A DNA stretch of 64,000 nt from positions 32,001-96,000 of the forward strand of contig CAVYIM010000007.1 of assembly GCA_963768655.1 (NCBI GenBank), read 5' to 3'. Origin of the DNA: an uncultured Chloroflexia bacterium (GTDB lineage: Bacteria > Chloroflexota > Limnocylindria > Limnocylindrales > CSP1-4). Below, one piece after another: positions 9,559-21,000 of the stretch. Each line of letters opens with the position of its first letter. The first letter of the stretch is position 1. Position numbers and translations under genes: made by a program. The notes below the pieces were generated by a model, which did not search any database, was not told the DNA's origin, and saw nothing but the letters and a program-made list of their open reading frames with translations.

Positions 9559-10929
9559 ATGGGGTCGACGAAGACTTGCAGGCCGCGGGTGGGCGCTGTC
9601 CTGACCGGGTTGTTGCTCGTCGCCATCACGGGCTGCACGGCCGCCACACGCAGCCCGGCTCTTTCTGAGCGGCCAACCGCGGCTGCCAGTGAGTCGGTGG
9701 TAGCCCCTACCAGCTTGCCATCCTCGGCGCCCTCGTCGGTCCCAACGGATGTCCCTACCGCTGCGGCTTCGCCGTCTGATTACCCATATCCAGACGAGAA
9801 CCCGGGGCCGCCTCCGGCGCTGGCGAAGCTCACGACCGTGGATGTCTCCGGCTTCCAATCCGATGCGGCCAACAATGACCCGTACTGGGTCACCGTTGGA
9901 TCCGGCAGCGCGGCTCTTCACTACGACACCAGCAAGGCGAAGGGATCGATTCCGGTCCCATTGACCAAGGATGAACTGAATGACCCGCTTACTGGCGGTT
10001 ACCCGGACCTGTCTTGGAACGACCAGTTCGTGGTGATTACTACCGAATATGACATAGACCTGGAGGCCGGCGCCGCTGGGGGGTGTGGCTACGTGGCGGC
10101 GATTGCCTGGCAAATCCTGGTCGCCGTCATCGATAGCAGCGGGAAGCCTTCAGCCCCCACGGTGTTTGCCGTGGGTCAGAGCAACCTGAAGGTCGTTGGC
10201 CCGTCGAACACAGGCGCCGAAGGAGATGATTGTGCGTACCCGAGATTGCCCACGGTCGCGATGAGCGACGGCTTGATCGCCTACAACATTGAGAAGCCAT
10301 CTGTCGGCCAACCGTTCGGGTCCGAGATCCTGGTCCGTTCGTTGGCCGATGGCTCGACCGTTCGCGACTTGACTGTCCCCGACTACGTGGATTCCCTGCA
10401 GCTGTCAGGTCCGAACCTGGTCTGGATGGAGTTCGATGGCAATGTGGCGACCAGTCTGCCGCTCCGGATATCCACCGCGGCGAGCCCGGGCGCCCAGAAC
10501 TTCCTCGTCTACAAGACGCCCGGCGAAAGCGACCACTGGACTGCTCCGAAATACTGGCTCTCGGGGAACCTACTTGCATGGGACGGGTTTTCGACGGGGA
10601 AGGTCTGGCTCCGTGACCTCGCGACGGGCAAGCTCGCGCAGATCTCCCCAACCGGCGCAATCTGCGAACTCGAGGGTTTTGACGGCACCGACGCGCTGAT
10701 GACCTGCGGCGGCGACCCGAAGGTGTTGGCCTGGGCAGATGACTTCAGTCCTGATTGGGTCGTGTTGTGGTCATCGAGCGCCGGCGATCGCCTGCTGGTA
10801 AGCACACCGCCGGTCAACTGTTGGACCACGTGCGCCATGGCCAACGGCTCGGTCTTGGTGGACGTGACCGACGAATACGGGCGAGATACTTACTGGACCA
10901 TCCCCGTTGCAGCTCTGACCGGCAGTTGA
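9559..10929 (+). CDS. Secreted lipoprotein
   Basis: Lipobox ITGC, Pro/Ser/Thr linker, beta-rich body. Confidence 0.75.
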   Translation: MGSTKTCRPRVGAVLTGLLLVAITGCTAATRSPALSERPTAAASESVVAPTSLPSSAPSSVPTDVPTAAASPSDYPYPDENPGPPPALAKLTTVDVSGFQSDAANNDPYWVTVGSGSAALHYDTSKAKGSIPVPLTKDELNDPLTGGYPDLSWNDQFVVITTEYDIDLEAGAAGGCGYVAAIAWQILVAVIDSSGKPSAPTVFAVGQSNLKVVGPSNTGAEGDDCAYPRLPTVAMSDGLIAYNIEKPSVGQPFGSEILVRSLADGSTVRDLTVPDYVDSLQLSGPNLVWMEFDGNVATSLPLRISTAASPGAQNFLVYKTPGESDHWTAPKYWLSGNLLAWDGFSTGKVWLRDLATGKLAQISPTGAICELEGFDGTDALMTCGGDPKVLAWADDFSPDWVVLWSSSAGDRLLVSTPPVNCWTTCAMANGSVLVDVTDEYGRDTYWTIPVAALTGS

Positions 10930-11126
10930 GGGAGAAGCGCCATGGTCCAGGGCCGACGTCGCCTTCAAGTAGCACCCGACCGCCATGGCTTGATAGCGCA
11001 CGGGAGGACGAGGCCACTCGGTGCTGGCAGGTCGCGAGAGCGACGCTCTCAGGTTGAGATCAAGGTCTCAATCCCGTTGGCTACTGCGTCTTCAAGCGGC
11101 TCCTCGCGCCCCTCCCCGAGGCCGGC

Positions 11127-12572
11127 CTATTTGCCGCCAGCTGCCTCGCTGCCAACGATCTTCTGCTTGATGTCGGTGCTCGACTTGCTCAGGCCGGCGA
11201 TCAGTAGGTCCGGGGTGAGCCCAAACGCGGCCGCCACAACGAGGCCACGCGCGTCGCTGCCCAGATCGAGGACCTTGGAAAGGGAACCGGCGACGGCGGC
11301 AGCAACATCCGGGGTCGCGAACACGACGGGCGCGAGCGCGACTAGGAACACGCCCGCTACCGCGGCCAGCCCCGAGATCTGGGCAGTCGCAATGAGTCGG
11401 GCCTCGAATAGGCCGTAGTCGTCGACGGCAGAGTCGGCCTGCTCCTCGGCGCGAAGCCGGCTGAACAGGCCAATAATGGCGCCGGTAAGGAAGTACCCGC
11501 TTACCGCCACCAATGCCGATCGGCTGATCTCGCACACGATTGCCAGACCAACCATGAGGAATGTCACGAGGGCCGTGGCCAAGACGGCACGAAGGAGACG
11601 ATTGCGTTCCCGGATGAGACCTTCCCACTGATCGTCGCGGTACTCGTTGATCGCGGTACGCACACTCTTCACGACGGCGGAGGCGTCTTCGGACGGTGTG
11701 AAACCACCCACTGCCCCGGTGGGACCAAACAGGCCCTTGACGACCTCCGGGCCGATGGCTGCCTCGATTTCCTTCTGCAGCGTGGCACAGTTGGGGATGC
11801 TCGATCCGCTCAGTCGGTTGTAGTCGTAGATCGCGTCGCCAACGGCCGACGAACGGTCGATCTCGATTAGGGCCTCTTCAGCACGGTGGAGCGTGCGCCA
11901 GAGGTTCACATACCCCGTCGCCATCGCGAAGCGAAGGCCTGATTGGCCAAGCTCGATGTCAAGCGTTGACGAGTAGCTGCGCGCTTCAGCCAGTCGATCC
12001 CAGGCCTGCGGGTTGGCTGGTACGGGCTTGAGCTGCCACCAACTCTCGTATCCCATGCGCCAGGCGATGGAGTCCAGCAGACTGCGTAGCCTTCTGGCGC
12101 GAGGGAGAAGCTCGCCGTAGCTTCGAGACTGGGCGGTCTTGGCGCACGCCATCCAGTGGAATGCCGCCCCGCCTGTCACCCACAGGCTTAGGGCGACAGC
12201 CGTGCCCAGATAGAGCGCCTCCTGGTGTACCCGTCCGGTTCCGGGAGCAAGGTACGCGAGGACGACGGCCACAGCGCCGATGACTGGCAGAAACGGCGAG
12301 ATTGCCAGCAATGTGGCCCAGTAGGCCTCGTTGTAAGCGTTGTGGCCGAGGATGAGAGCGGCGGTCAGAAGCGTTGTCATCACGACGGCCACCGATCCGT
12401 CTGACAGGTCCTGGCGTATCCCGCCCGAGATGGGCCCCGGCAGGCCAAAGGTCCAAACGAGGAGCGCGCCGAGGAGTAAAGCAAGGGTCAGCAGGAAGGC
12501 GGCGCGCCAGCCGGCGTGGGTTTCGCGTTCCGGGTGCGGTGCTGGAAACCAGCTCAAGGATGGTGCGGTCAT
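11127..12572 (-). CDS. Multi-pass membrane hypothetical protein
   Basis: Two TM clusters around a helical soluble region; GGAGGT RBS. Confidence 0.75.
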   Translation of the reverse strand: MTAPSLSWFPAPHPERETHAGWRAAFLLTLALLLGALLVWTFGLPGPISGGIRQDLSDGSVAVVMTTLLTAALILGHNAYNEAYWATLLAISPFLPVIGAVAVVLAYLAPGTGRVHQEALYLGTAVALSLWVTGGAAFHWMACAKTAQSRSYGELLPRARRLRSLLDSIAWRMGYESWWQLKPVPANPQAWDRLAEARSYSSTLDIELGQSGLRFAMATGYVNLWRTLHRAEEALIEIDRSSAVGDAIYDYNRLSGSSIPNCATLQKEIEAAIGPEVVKGLFGPTGAVGGFTPSEDASAVVKSVRTAINEYRDDQWEGLIRERNRLLRAVLATALVTFLMVGLAIVCEISRSALVAVSGYFLTGAIIGLFSRLRAEEQADSAVDDYGLFEARLIATAQISGLAAVAGVFLVALAPVVFATPDVAAAVAGSLSKVLDLGSDARGLVVAAAFGLTPDLLIAGLSKSSTDIKQKIVGSEAAGGK

Positions 12573-12576
12573 GGAT

Positions 12577-12628
12577 ACCTCCCCCGTTCGGCAACGAACG
12601 GGGGAGGTCGCCTACATCGCTCCTCCCC
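12577..12628 (-). promoter_or_regulatory. RBS-sequestering hairpin with alternative pairing
   Basis: Perfect 14-bp stem acctcccccgttcg-gcaa-cgaacgggggaggt; second GGGGAGG at 12622-12628. Confidence 0.5.
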
Positions 12629-12959
12629 GCGGCCGCCGGACCGGCGCTCACTCTACTCGCCGCGCTGGGCCGTGCAAGAGTTTGGGCAGGGACCGGACGC
12701 TTGCGCGAATGGCCCGCGTCTCCGGCCTGCCGCCCCGGCGTAGTAGGCCAGCCCACGCGAATCCGTTGGTGGGTGCGCCCTCAAAGACCATTGCGGGGCA
12801 AGACTATTACGCGTCGACACCATGACCACATCGCGACGGGTCGGTGTCGGCACGCCGCCAAAAGGCGCACCATATCCTCTGGAGACACGGCGACGCATCT
12901 GAGATCGTCAGAGCGGCCAAGCCACGTCTGAGTTCAACCCAACATCAGGAGGCACGCGC

Positions 12960-13418
12960 TTGAGCCCGCTGTTCCCTCGCCGGAAGCAGCCAGCTCCTCA
13001 GCCACCGTCATCTCTGTTCGATCCGACAACGGTCGACCTTGTCGCATCCACCAGAAGCGGCGACGCCCGTCTCTACATAGTCCGGGACCAGCAATGGACA
13101 GGATCTGACCCCGAGATCAGGTCGCTGCAGGAGAAGATCCACAACTACGTGGGCTTTGCGCTCGACGGCGGCATGGTGGCTCTCTATCCGGAGCTCACCG
13201 CCCAGCCATGGGCGATCGTCATTGACACGTACACCGGGCGTCCGGACGCTCGGACAATCGACGTGCTCCAGCGAACTGGAGACGTTGTCCGTCAGTACGG
13301 CGGCGAGCTGGTTCTCCACGAGCTGCGGCCGCCCGAAGGGCCCGGCCTACTACCGATGACGGTGAGCGTGACGAAGCTCGGCACGGCGCTCGATCCTTCC
13401 GAGCCCTTCGACTTGTAG
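12960..13418 (+). CDS. DUF6572-like protein
   Basis: D..W....LQEKIHNY..F...G....YP pattern; AGGAGG RBS. Confidence 0.6.
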   Translation: MSPLFPRRKQPAPQPPSSLFDPTTVDLVASTRSGDARLYIVRDQQWTGSDPEIRSLQEKIHNYVGFALDGGMVALYPELTAQPWAIVIDTYTGRPDARTIDVLQRTGDVVRQYGGELVLHELRPPEGPGLLPMTVSVTKLGTALDPSEPFDL

Positions 13419-13584
13419 ATCTCCGTGGTCGAGCGTTCGAGCGGTACCGTATTGGCGCACGCTGGCGAACGAAGCGTGCCGGACCCGGCGACACGATGCG
13501 CGGATCGTGACCGGCTCAATCTCGGACGCGTGGCCGGGTGTCACCGTCAGGTCGGTGGTCGGACGAGCGAGGTAAGCACTCCCT

Positions 13585-15390
13585 TTAGGAGACCCAGTCG
13601 GGCGCTTCGCTCGCCGCCTTCCTCCATAGGGCGTAATTCGTCTCGCGAGTGGGCGCGTCCATCCTGGGCTTCCACTCGCGATCCTTCTGCCAGTTGGCCC
13701 GAAGGTCCTCGACGGTCTTCCAGAAGCCGACCGCCAGACCGGCTGCGTAGGCGGCGCCGAGGGCGGTCGTCTCGGCGACTTTGGGCCGGATGACCGGCAT
13801 GCCCAGGACGTCGGCCTGGAACTGCATCAGGGTCTCGTTGAACACCATGCCGCCGTCAACCTTGAGGGCCTTGAGCGGAACGCCGGAGTCGGCGTTCATC
13901 GCGTCGAGAACCTCGCGGGTCTGCCAGGCCGTCGCCTCGAGAACCGCCCGGGCGATGTGGCCCTTGTTCACGTAGCGGGTGAGGCCGGCGAAGACGCCGC
14001 GGGCATCGCCCTTCCAGTGGGGCGCGACCAGGCCGGAAAAGGCCGGCACGAAGTACACGCCGCCGTTGTCATCGACGGTCTTGGCCAGATCCTCGACCTC
14101 GGCGGTGATCCTGATCACTCCCAGGTTGTCGCGCAGCCACTGGACGAGGGCGCCGGTGATCGCGATCGAGCCCTCGAGGGCGTAGACCGCGGGCTGGTCG
14201 CCGATCTTGTAGCCGAGCGTCGTCAGCAGACCGCTCTTGGACGGCACCGCCTTCGTGCCCGTGTTGAGGAGCATGAAGCAGCCGGTGCCGTAGGTGTTCT
14301 TCGCCTCGCCGGGCGAGAAGCATGTCTGGCCGAAGAGGGCGGCCTGCTGGTCGCCTAGGTCACCGGCAACGGGCACGCCAGCGAGATCGCCAACGGCCTT
14401 GCCATAGACGGCGCTCGACGGCTTGACCGCCGGCAGCATGGAGCGCGGGATGGTCATGAGCTTTAGGATCTCGGGATCCCAGTCGAGGGTCGCAAGATTC
14501 ATGAGCATCGTCCGGCTGGCGTTACTCACGTCGGTGACGTGAACGCCGCCGTTGACGCCGCCGGTGAGATTCCAGATGCACCACGTGTCGATGTTCCCGA
14601 ACAGCAGGTCGCCTGCCTCTGCCTTGGCGCGGGCGCCGGCGACATTGTCGAGAATCCACTTGACCTTCGGACCGGAGAAGTAAGTTGCGAGCGGCAGGCC
14701 GACCTTGGCCCGCAGGCGGTCCTGGCCGCCCTGCTTGGCAAACTCATTGATGATCACGTCCGTCCGGGTGTCCTGCCAGACGATCGCGTTGTAGACCGGC
14801 TTGCCGGTCTTGCGATCCCAGACGACCGTCGTCTCGCGCTGGTTGGTGACTCCCACCGCAGCGAGGTCCGAGGCGGCGATGCCCGCCTTCTTGAGCGCGC
14901 CACGGATGACCTCGCCGCAGCGGGTCCAGATCTCCATCGCGTCGTGCTCGACCCAGCCCGGCTTGGGGTAGATCTGTTCGTGCTCTTTCTGATCGATCCC
15001 GACCACGCCACCGCTGTGGTCGAAGATCATGAAACGTGTGCTTGTGGTGCCCTGGTCCAGGGCGCCGACATATTGAGCGGAGGAAACCGCACCTAGTAGT
15101 CGCTGGAGCTGTTCGATCGCGGGTCGGGGGAGGTCGCCCACCTCAAGGTAGTGCTTGGCGAGACGACGGGCTTCAGGCTCGTTGCCGCCCTTCCGATAGA
15201 GCGCGACTGCGCTTATTGCCACGACGCCACGCGTGCGTGGGCGGTCAGACGGGACTCTGTCGAACGCAGCGGCTTCCCAGTGGGCCGCCTCAAGGTACGC
15301 CGCCGACGCAGCCTGTTCCTCGCCGCGCGCTAGAAGATCGTTGCCACGAATCATCAGTGCCTCGGCCCGACGGTGAAGATCAAGAGACAC
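13585..15390 (-). CDS. glpK: Glycerol kinase with extra ~105-aa N-terminal helical domain
   Basis: [43 protein letters not shown]. Confidence 0.9.
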   Translation of the reverse strand: MSLDLHRRAEALMIRGNDLLARGEEQAASAAYLEAAHWEAAAFDRVPSDRPRTRGVVAISAVALYRKGGNEPEARRLAKHYLEVGDLPRPAIEQLQRLLGAVSSAQYVGALDQGTTSTRFMIFDHSGGVVGIDQKEHEQIYPKPGWVEHDAMEIWTRCGEVIRGALKKAGIAASDLAAVGVTNQRETTVVWDRKTGKPVYNAIVWQDTRTDVIINEFAKQGGQDRLRAKVGLPLATYFSGPKVKWILDNVAGARAKAEAGDLLFGNIDTWCIWNLTGGVNGGVHVTDVSNASRTMLMNLATLDWDPEILKLMTIPRSMLPAVKPSSAVYGKAVGDLAGVPVAGDLGDQQAALFGQTCFSPGEAKNTYGTGCFMLLNTGTKAVPSKSGLLTTLGYKIGDQPAVYALEGSIAITGALVQWLRDNLGVIRITAEVEDLAKTVDDNGGVYFVPAFSGLVAPHWKGDARGVFAGLTRYVNKGHIARAVLEATAWQTREVLDAMNADSGVPLKALKVDGGMVFNETLMQFQADVLGMPVIRPKVAETTALGAAYAAGLAVGFWKTVEDLRANWQKDREWKPRMDAPTRETNYALWRKAASEAPDWVS

Positions 15391-15396
15391 TGCGAT

Positions 15397-15969
15397 CTAG
15401 GCCTCCTTCAGCCAGATGCGGCCGTTGAGGAAGCCAACGACCCCGGCCATAGCCGGTTTCGACCAACCTTGGGCGCGAACCTGTTCGATCTTCTCGCGCA
15501 GTCGCCGAGTCATCTTGGCTTCGTCGTCGAGGTCTATGCCCGACACCTCGAACAGCACGACGTCATCTCTGTCGAGGTTCAGGTCTGGATCGTCCGTCGC
15601 CTCCGCACCTGCCGGGACCAAGTAGTAATCCCCTCCTGATTCGGCCAAGGCCTGGCCGATCGTCACTAGCCCCACGCGGAGTTCTGCCGCACCCAAAGCG
15701 AGCGCGCAAGCACCATTCTCGGTCGCCTGTACCGCATTTCTGTAAGCCCGGACCAGCCTCGTGTCAGGCTCGGTCCAACGCAGTTCAACCTCGACGGACG
15801 CTCCAGGTTGCACGCAAACGCTCGCTGTTGCGGGCGGACGATGATGCCGACAAAGGCACACCCGAGCGGCGTCAGTAAGGAACGCCGCCACCGAGGCCGG
15901 CACGCCTGGATGCGTTCGGTGTAGGAAGTCCTGGTCGAGATCGAAGCCAGGTTTGGGGCTCAGTATCAT
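15397..15969 (-). CDS. Putative PD-(D/E)xK-like nuclease-fold protein
   Basis: ATENGA...GGDYYL...FEVSGI...K..Q pattern; 6 nt upstream of the glpK fusion. Confidence 0.5.
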   Translation of the reverse strand: MILSPKPGFDLDQDFLHRTHPGVPASVAAFLTDAARVCLCRHHRPPATASVCVQPGASVEVELRWTEPDTRLVRAYRNAVQATENGACALALGAAELRVGLVTIGQALAESGGDYYLVPAGAEATDDPDLNLDRDDVVLFEVSGIDLDDEAKMTRRLREKIEQVRAQGWSKPAMAGVVGFLNGRIWLKEA

Positions 15970-16087
15970 GTTGGGACAGGGTATTCACCTCCATCGGCAG
16001 GGACAATCCCTTGGCCCTGCCCAGGCTGCACCATGAGCAGATAAGTTGGTCAGGCCCAGACGGCGACTCGCCTCGAGTAACTTGGTG

Positions 16088-16609
16088 TCAGACCTTCATC
16101 AGGATGTCGCTCAGCCGGGAGAGCCTACGCCGGATGAAGTTCATCCCTTTGTTTGCCCATTCGGGAACTCCTTGGTACACGCCCCCGCTGAAGTCGGCAT
16201 CGCTCTCGAAGTGTGAGAGGTAGTCGGGGGCATACCGCTCAACGCTCCGCCTCGCCTCCTGGTACCAGGCGTCGATCCGGGTCTCCCATTGCGCCCGGAG
16301 GGTTTCATCGGACGCCCCGTCGGTTCCCAACTTCACGGCGCCAAGCTCCTTGATCAGCGCGTTGCCAGCTTGGAGGATCCGATTTAGCTCGAAGGAACCG
16401 GGCCGAAGAAACGACACGCGCGCTACCACCGGCCGGGCACTCGCGACGTAGGCCAGAACGCCGGCGACACCTGCCGCGACCAGGAACGGTGTCAACGTTC
16501 CCGCCTTGTCAGCGGCTTTGGGATCAGTCGCGACGAGGGTCGCCAGCGCAGCGAAATATGCCGTGAACAGGGCCGCGCACAGACCCGCCAGCAGCCGCCG
16601 CACAATCAT
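16088..16609 (-). CDS. 2-TM membrane hypothetical protein
   Basis: Two hydrophobic helices then a soluble helical domain. Confidence 0.6.
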   Translation of the reverse strand: MIVRRLLAGLCAALFTAYFAALATLVATDPKAADKAGTLTPFLVAAGVAGVLAYVASARPVVARVSFLRPGSFELNRILQAGNALIKELGAVKLGTDGASDETLRAQWETRIDAWYQEARRSVERYAPDYLSHFESDADFSGGVYQGVPEWANKGMNFIRRRLSRLSDILMKV

Positions 16610-17045
16610 GCCGCCCTCGAGCCGCTCATGGCCCGCAGAATACGCCAGGCGGAGCGCCCTCGAAGCAGCCGCTCAACGGCCGCCAGGATAGGGGGCGGGT
16701 CGACCCGGCCGATCAATATCGTCACCATCCAGCGATAGCGTGAGCCCAGAGCGGGCAGAGTCGCCGGTTCTGAGAGCGTGCAGCCGCTGGCCGTGTCCGC
16801 CGCGAACGGCAGCAGCCGAGAGTGTGCTTCTGCTTAGACCAGCCAGTTCAAACAGGGTAGACTACCCGGCGGTTCCTGCCCCAAGGGTCAGCACAACCGT
16901 CGCGAGGCTTCGAGGCGGCGACCCGCTCATCGGCGGGAAGAGCCGCTGGTAGCGTACCGGCGCTGTGTTGGACTTGAAGGCCCAACAGGGCCGGGGGTAT
17001 CTACGATTCTCGCTCTGCGCAGATTGGTTCACCAAGCAGCTGCTG

Positions 17046-17831
17046 ATGCATGCCACTTCTCGTCTGCTCCCTGTGCTGGCTCTGGGCTTGGTCGCTGTTG
17101 CCTGTGCTTCCACGAGCGCAGCCCCAGCGGCCCCGGGTGCCTCTACAGCGCCGGTTCAGACAGCGGCCGCCACAACCGCGGTTGCGGTCACTGAGTCGGC
17201 AACGGCCACAGCCCCGCTGACCGCGGCCCTGACATCTGCGCCGACAGCCACGGCGAGCGCGCCGCTGCGCCTGGTGGTGCTGGGCGACAGCATCACCGCC
17301 TGGGGCAGCTGGCCGGCCGCAGTGGATGCCGCCAGTCCGCACCTGGTGCTGGTGCACAACGCCGGCGTGGCGGGCGACAGCACCGCGCAGATGCTCGCCC
17401 GCCTCGACCGTGACGTGCTGGCCTATCAGCCGGACGTGGTGGTTCTCATGGGAGGTACGAACGACCGCTGCCTACGGAGTCAGCCGGCCACCGTGGCCCA
17501 GGCTGCTGCCAACCTGCGCGCGATCATCGAACGCCTGCACGCCGCCGGCGTACTGGTCGTGCTGATGACGATCCCACCCTGCCTGGGCCTGGCGCGCATC
17601 CTCCCGATGAATGCGGCCATTCGGCGACTGGCCGCCGTCGAGGGTACGCCGCTAGTCGACATCTACGCCGCGCTGGTGGGCAAGGGCGACGCCTACGTTC
17701 CGGCCTACCAATGTGGGGACGGCATCCACCCGAGCGCCGCTGGCTACGCGAAAATGGCCCAGGCAATCCTGGCGGTGACCAGCCAGTTGTGGCCGGAACA
17801 GCATCCGGCCCGCGCCGAGCCCAAAGACTAA
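17046..17831 (+). CDS. SGNH/GDSL hydrolase lipoprotein
   Basis: LGDSIT, NAGVAG, GGTND, DGIHP; lipobox AVAC. Confidence 0.88.
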   Translation: MHATSRLLPVLALGLVAVACASTSAAPAAPGASTAPVQTAAATTAVAVTESATATAPLTAALTSAPTATASAPLRLVVLGDSITAWGSWPAAVDAASPHLVLVHNAGVAGDSTAQMLARLDRDVLAYQPDVVVLMGGTNDRCLRSQPATVAQAAANLRAIIERLHAAGVLVVLMTIPPCLGLARILPMNAAIRRLAAVEGTPLVDIYAALVGKGDAYVPAYQCGDGIHPSAAGYAKMAQAILAVTSQLWPEQHPARAEPKD

Positions 17832-18061
17832 TTCCTGTGCTCGCTGAGCAAGCGTTTCGGCGCGCCTCCGCCTCGGCTGGCGAATTCCGCGGCTCCGCCC
17901 CGGGCCTTTTCGTGTCAAGTCCGCATTCATGACGTGATACATTAGCCTGCGACTGGCCCTGCGAATTACGCAGGGCCGCCGATGGGGTAGCGCAGGGGCG
18001 CTCGACCGGCTTTGCAGGCATCGAGGAGGGCTTCGGTGTGCGTACGTCAGGTTCGGCATTG

Positions 18062-21000
18062 ATGAATCGAACGATGCGGCACGGCAGGCTCGCTGCTGTA
18101 GTCACCGTCGCAATCCTGGTCGCAGGTCTGTCGCCCGTGTTGCCGGTCATAGCTGCCACAAGGCCCGGACCTCTCCCGCCCGTCCTGACGCCTAGGATCG
18201 ATCCTTCGGCCGCGCAGAGCCTGGCCCGCTCGACCGCTCCCACGGCCGAGACGTCGAGGCCGACGGCCGGCGCACCTGATGCCGCCGGTTCCGGCATGGC
18301 CCCGACCGAAGTCCCGTCTCTGCGCACGGCGTATAGCGACACCTACGACAACCACGACGGCACGTTCACTGTCCACGTGAGCCCCGATCCTATCAACTAC
18401 CAACCGACGGCTGGCGCGGCCTGGACGCCCATCGATCTGTCCTTCGCGCCGATCTCGGGCGGCAGCGGCCGAGTCAGAGCCGGGATGACGCCGGTCCCGG
18501 TCGAGGTCGGGGCGCCCGGCGACGCGGCTGGCTTTGTGAGTGTCGACACCGGCGAGGGCGTGATCAGCCTCCGGCTCGTTTCTGGGGCCAAGCAGGGCAG
18601 CTCGGCATCGGAGCCTGTGGCCGCAGCGGGCGGCGCCAAGGTTGCTGGCCTGCTCCCAGGCGTTGATCTACAGGTCAGCGCCAATCCCTCTGGCTTCAAC
18701 ACGTTCCTCGCTTTCGCCTCTAGACCCGCTTCCCCCTCGTTCACCTTTGAGCTGGACTCACCCGGGCTGACCCCTGCTCTGCAACCCGACGGCTCAATCA
18801 GTTTCCTAGACAAGAGCGGCATGACGGTTGCCACGATGCCCCATCCCTATGCCGAGGATTCGACGCCCGACGATCAGCGCGGCAGCGGGCAGATGACGGT
18901 CGACGTCGTCTATTCGCTCGCTACCCAGGGCGCCACCACCCTGCTCACGGTGAGCGTCGATCCGACCTGGCTCGCGAGCGCGGTCTATCCGGTCTATGTC
19001 GACCCGTCGGTCAATGTGAGTACCACCGCCAACATGAAGGACACCTTCGTCGACGCGATGTACCCGACAGAGAACTGGGAAGGCTTCAAACGCTCGGACT
19101 CCCCCTACTACTACGAGATGCTTCTCGGAGAAGACCCCGACAACTCGACGCAAGTCTGTAAGGACCTGCTCAGCTTTACGATGCCGGCCGCGGTTGCAAG
19201 CTCGACAATCGACTCGGCCACGCTCCAGATCTTCCCCTACTGGCAGTACGAGCACTACAGCGCGGTCACGACTTGGGTCGACCAGGTGACATCGAGCTGG
19301 AGCGCGGGGAGCGTAGATTGGAACAACCAGCCGAGCATCACCACGACCGGCGCCGTGACGGCGACGACAGTCCAGGGCACGACCGGATCATTCGACATCA
19401 CGAGTTTCGTGCAGGGCTGGGTCGACACCCCTTCGACTAACTACGGCATCCAGCTGAACGAGAACGGCAACGGCGGCACCTATTGGAAGCGCGTGATCTC
19501 GTCTGAGCAGACCGGCGCCAACATACCCACGCTAGCGATCACCTACAGCAAGCCTACGGCGACCGTGTCCGCACCGACCGGTAACGTGTGGACCAACAGC
19601 CGCACCCTGACCTGGGCCTACACCTCGACCGACGGCCCGGCCCAAGCCGCCTACGACGTCCAGGTTGCGACCGACTCTGGCTTTACCAACCTCGTCGTCA
19701 ACACGGGCAGCCAATCGGGCGCTGCCTCCAGCTACGCGATCCCATCGGGCACCACCCTGACCAACGGCACGACCTACTACTGGCGAGTCGAGGTTTCCGA
19801 TGGCCATATCTGGTCGGCCTGGACCGCCGCGGCTCAGTTCCGCTGGGACGCCACGGCGCCAGCCTGGAAGGGTTTCACCGCGCCCGCTGCGCAGGTCGAC
19901 CAGTCGGCGGCCTCCTACACTTTCGCCTGGAATGCTGCGACCGATTCCCCCGGGTCCGGGGTCGCTGGCTATAGCCTGCAGGTCCAAACGGCTGCGATCT
20001 CGTCTACAGCCAACGTGTGCTCCACGACATGGTCGAATTCTCGGTACGGTCCAGCCCCTAACCACCACCAGCTACGCGGTTTCCTCCATGACTGGCGCCA
20101 CGTGCTATCGAGTCGGCGTATTCGCCACGGACGCAGTCGGCAACCCAAGTAGTACGTACAGCTCCAGCCCGGTCCTGGTCGACACGACCTCGGCCAACGC
20201 CCCGACGGTCACCGACAACTGCACTTCGCTCGGCTCCTGCTATCGGGTCGGCAACACGATCTACTTCCGGCCTGCAGCAGCCGGCACGCTCAGCCTGACC
20301 TCGACCGGCACGGACAACGAGTCTGGCATCGCCTCCTCGACCTTCGGCGCGCTCTCGGCTCCGACCGGCTGGACCTATACCTCGGGCACGGTCACGGGCA
20401 ACCCGGCCTCTAAGAGCGTCACCTGGTCGAGCACGGCCGGCAGCACGACGCTCCAGATAACCACCACCAACAATGCCGGACTCGTTTCGCCCGCCACGAC
20501 CATCACCTTCACACCGGACTCAACGATCACAGGTTCCTTCACCACGCCCGGCAGCAGCCTCGTCGTTCAATCGGGCACGAGCTACTCGGTCGCCTGGACT
20601 GAGACAGAGACTGGATCTGGCGTCGCGAGCCGCTCGCTGCAGCGTCAGAAGGGGACCGTCGCCACGGCCGGCACCTGTACCGGAGTCACCTTCGCCAACG
20701 ACGGTAGCCCGTCCACATCTGCCTCACCGGTCAACGCCACCGGTCTGGTCAGCGGCAACTGCTATCGCTGGGCTCTGACCCTCACCGACAACGTCGGCAA
20801 CATTGCGACCCTAACGTCGGGTTCGGTCCTGGTCGACACGACCTCGGCCAACGCCCCGACGGTCACCGACAACTGCACTTCGCTCGGCTCCTGCTATCGG
20901 GTCGGCAACACGATCTACTTCCGGCCTGCAGCAGCCGGCACGCTCAGCCTGACCTCGACCGGCACGGACAACGAGTCTGGCATCGCCTCCTCGACCTTCG

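Larger units (their letters stand above)
8213..16740. repeat. Series of palindromic sites CRCBAT-N6-ATVGYG (8213, 8707, 9353, 10981, 12818, 13492, 16029, 16723)
   Basis: Read directly; all intergenic; one gene or operon between successive sites. Confidence 0.75.

Noticed and set aside
16038-16046. cagataagt as another comM-type promoter
   Set aside because: Single copy, no 11-bp partner and no -10 at 9 nt
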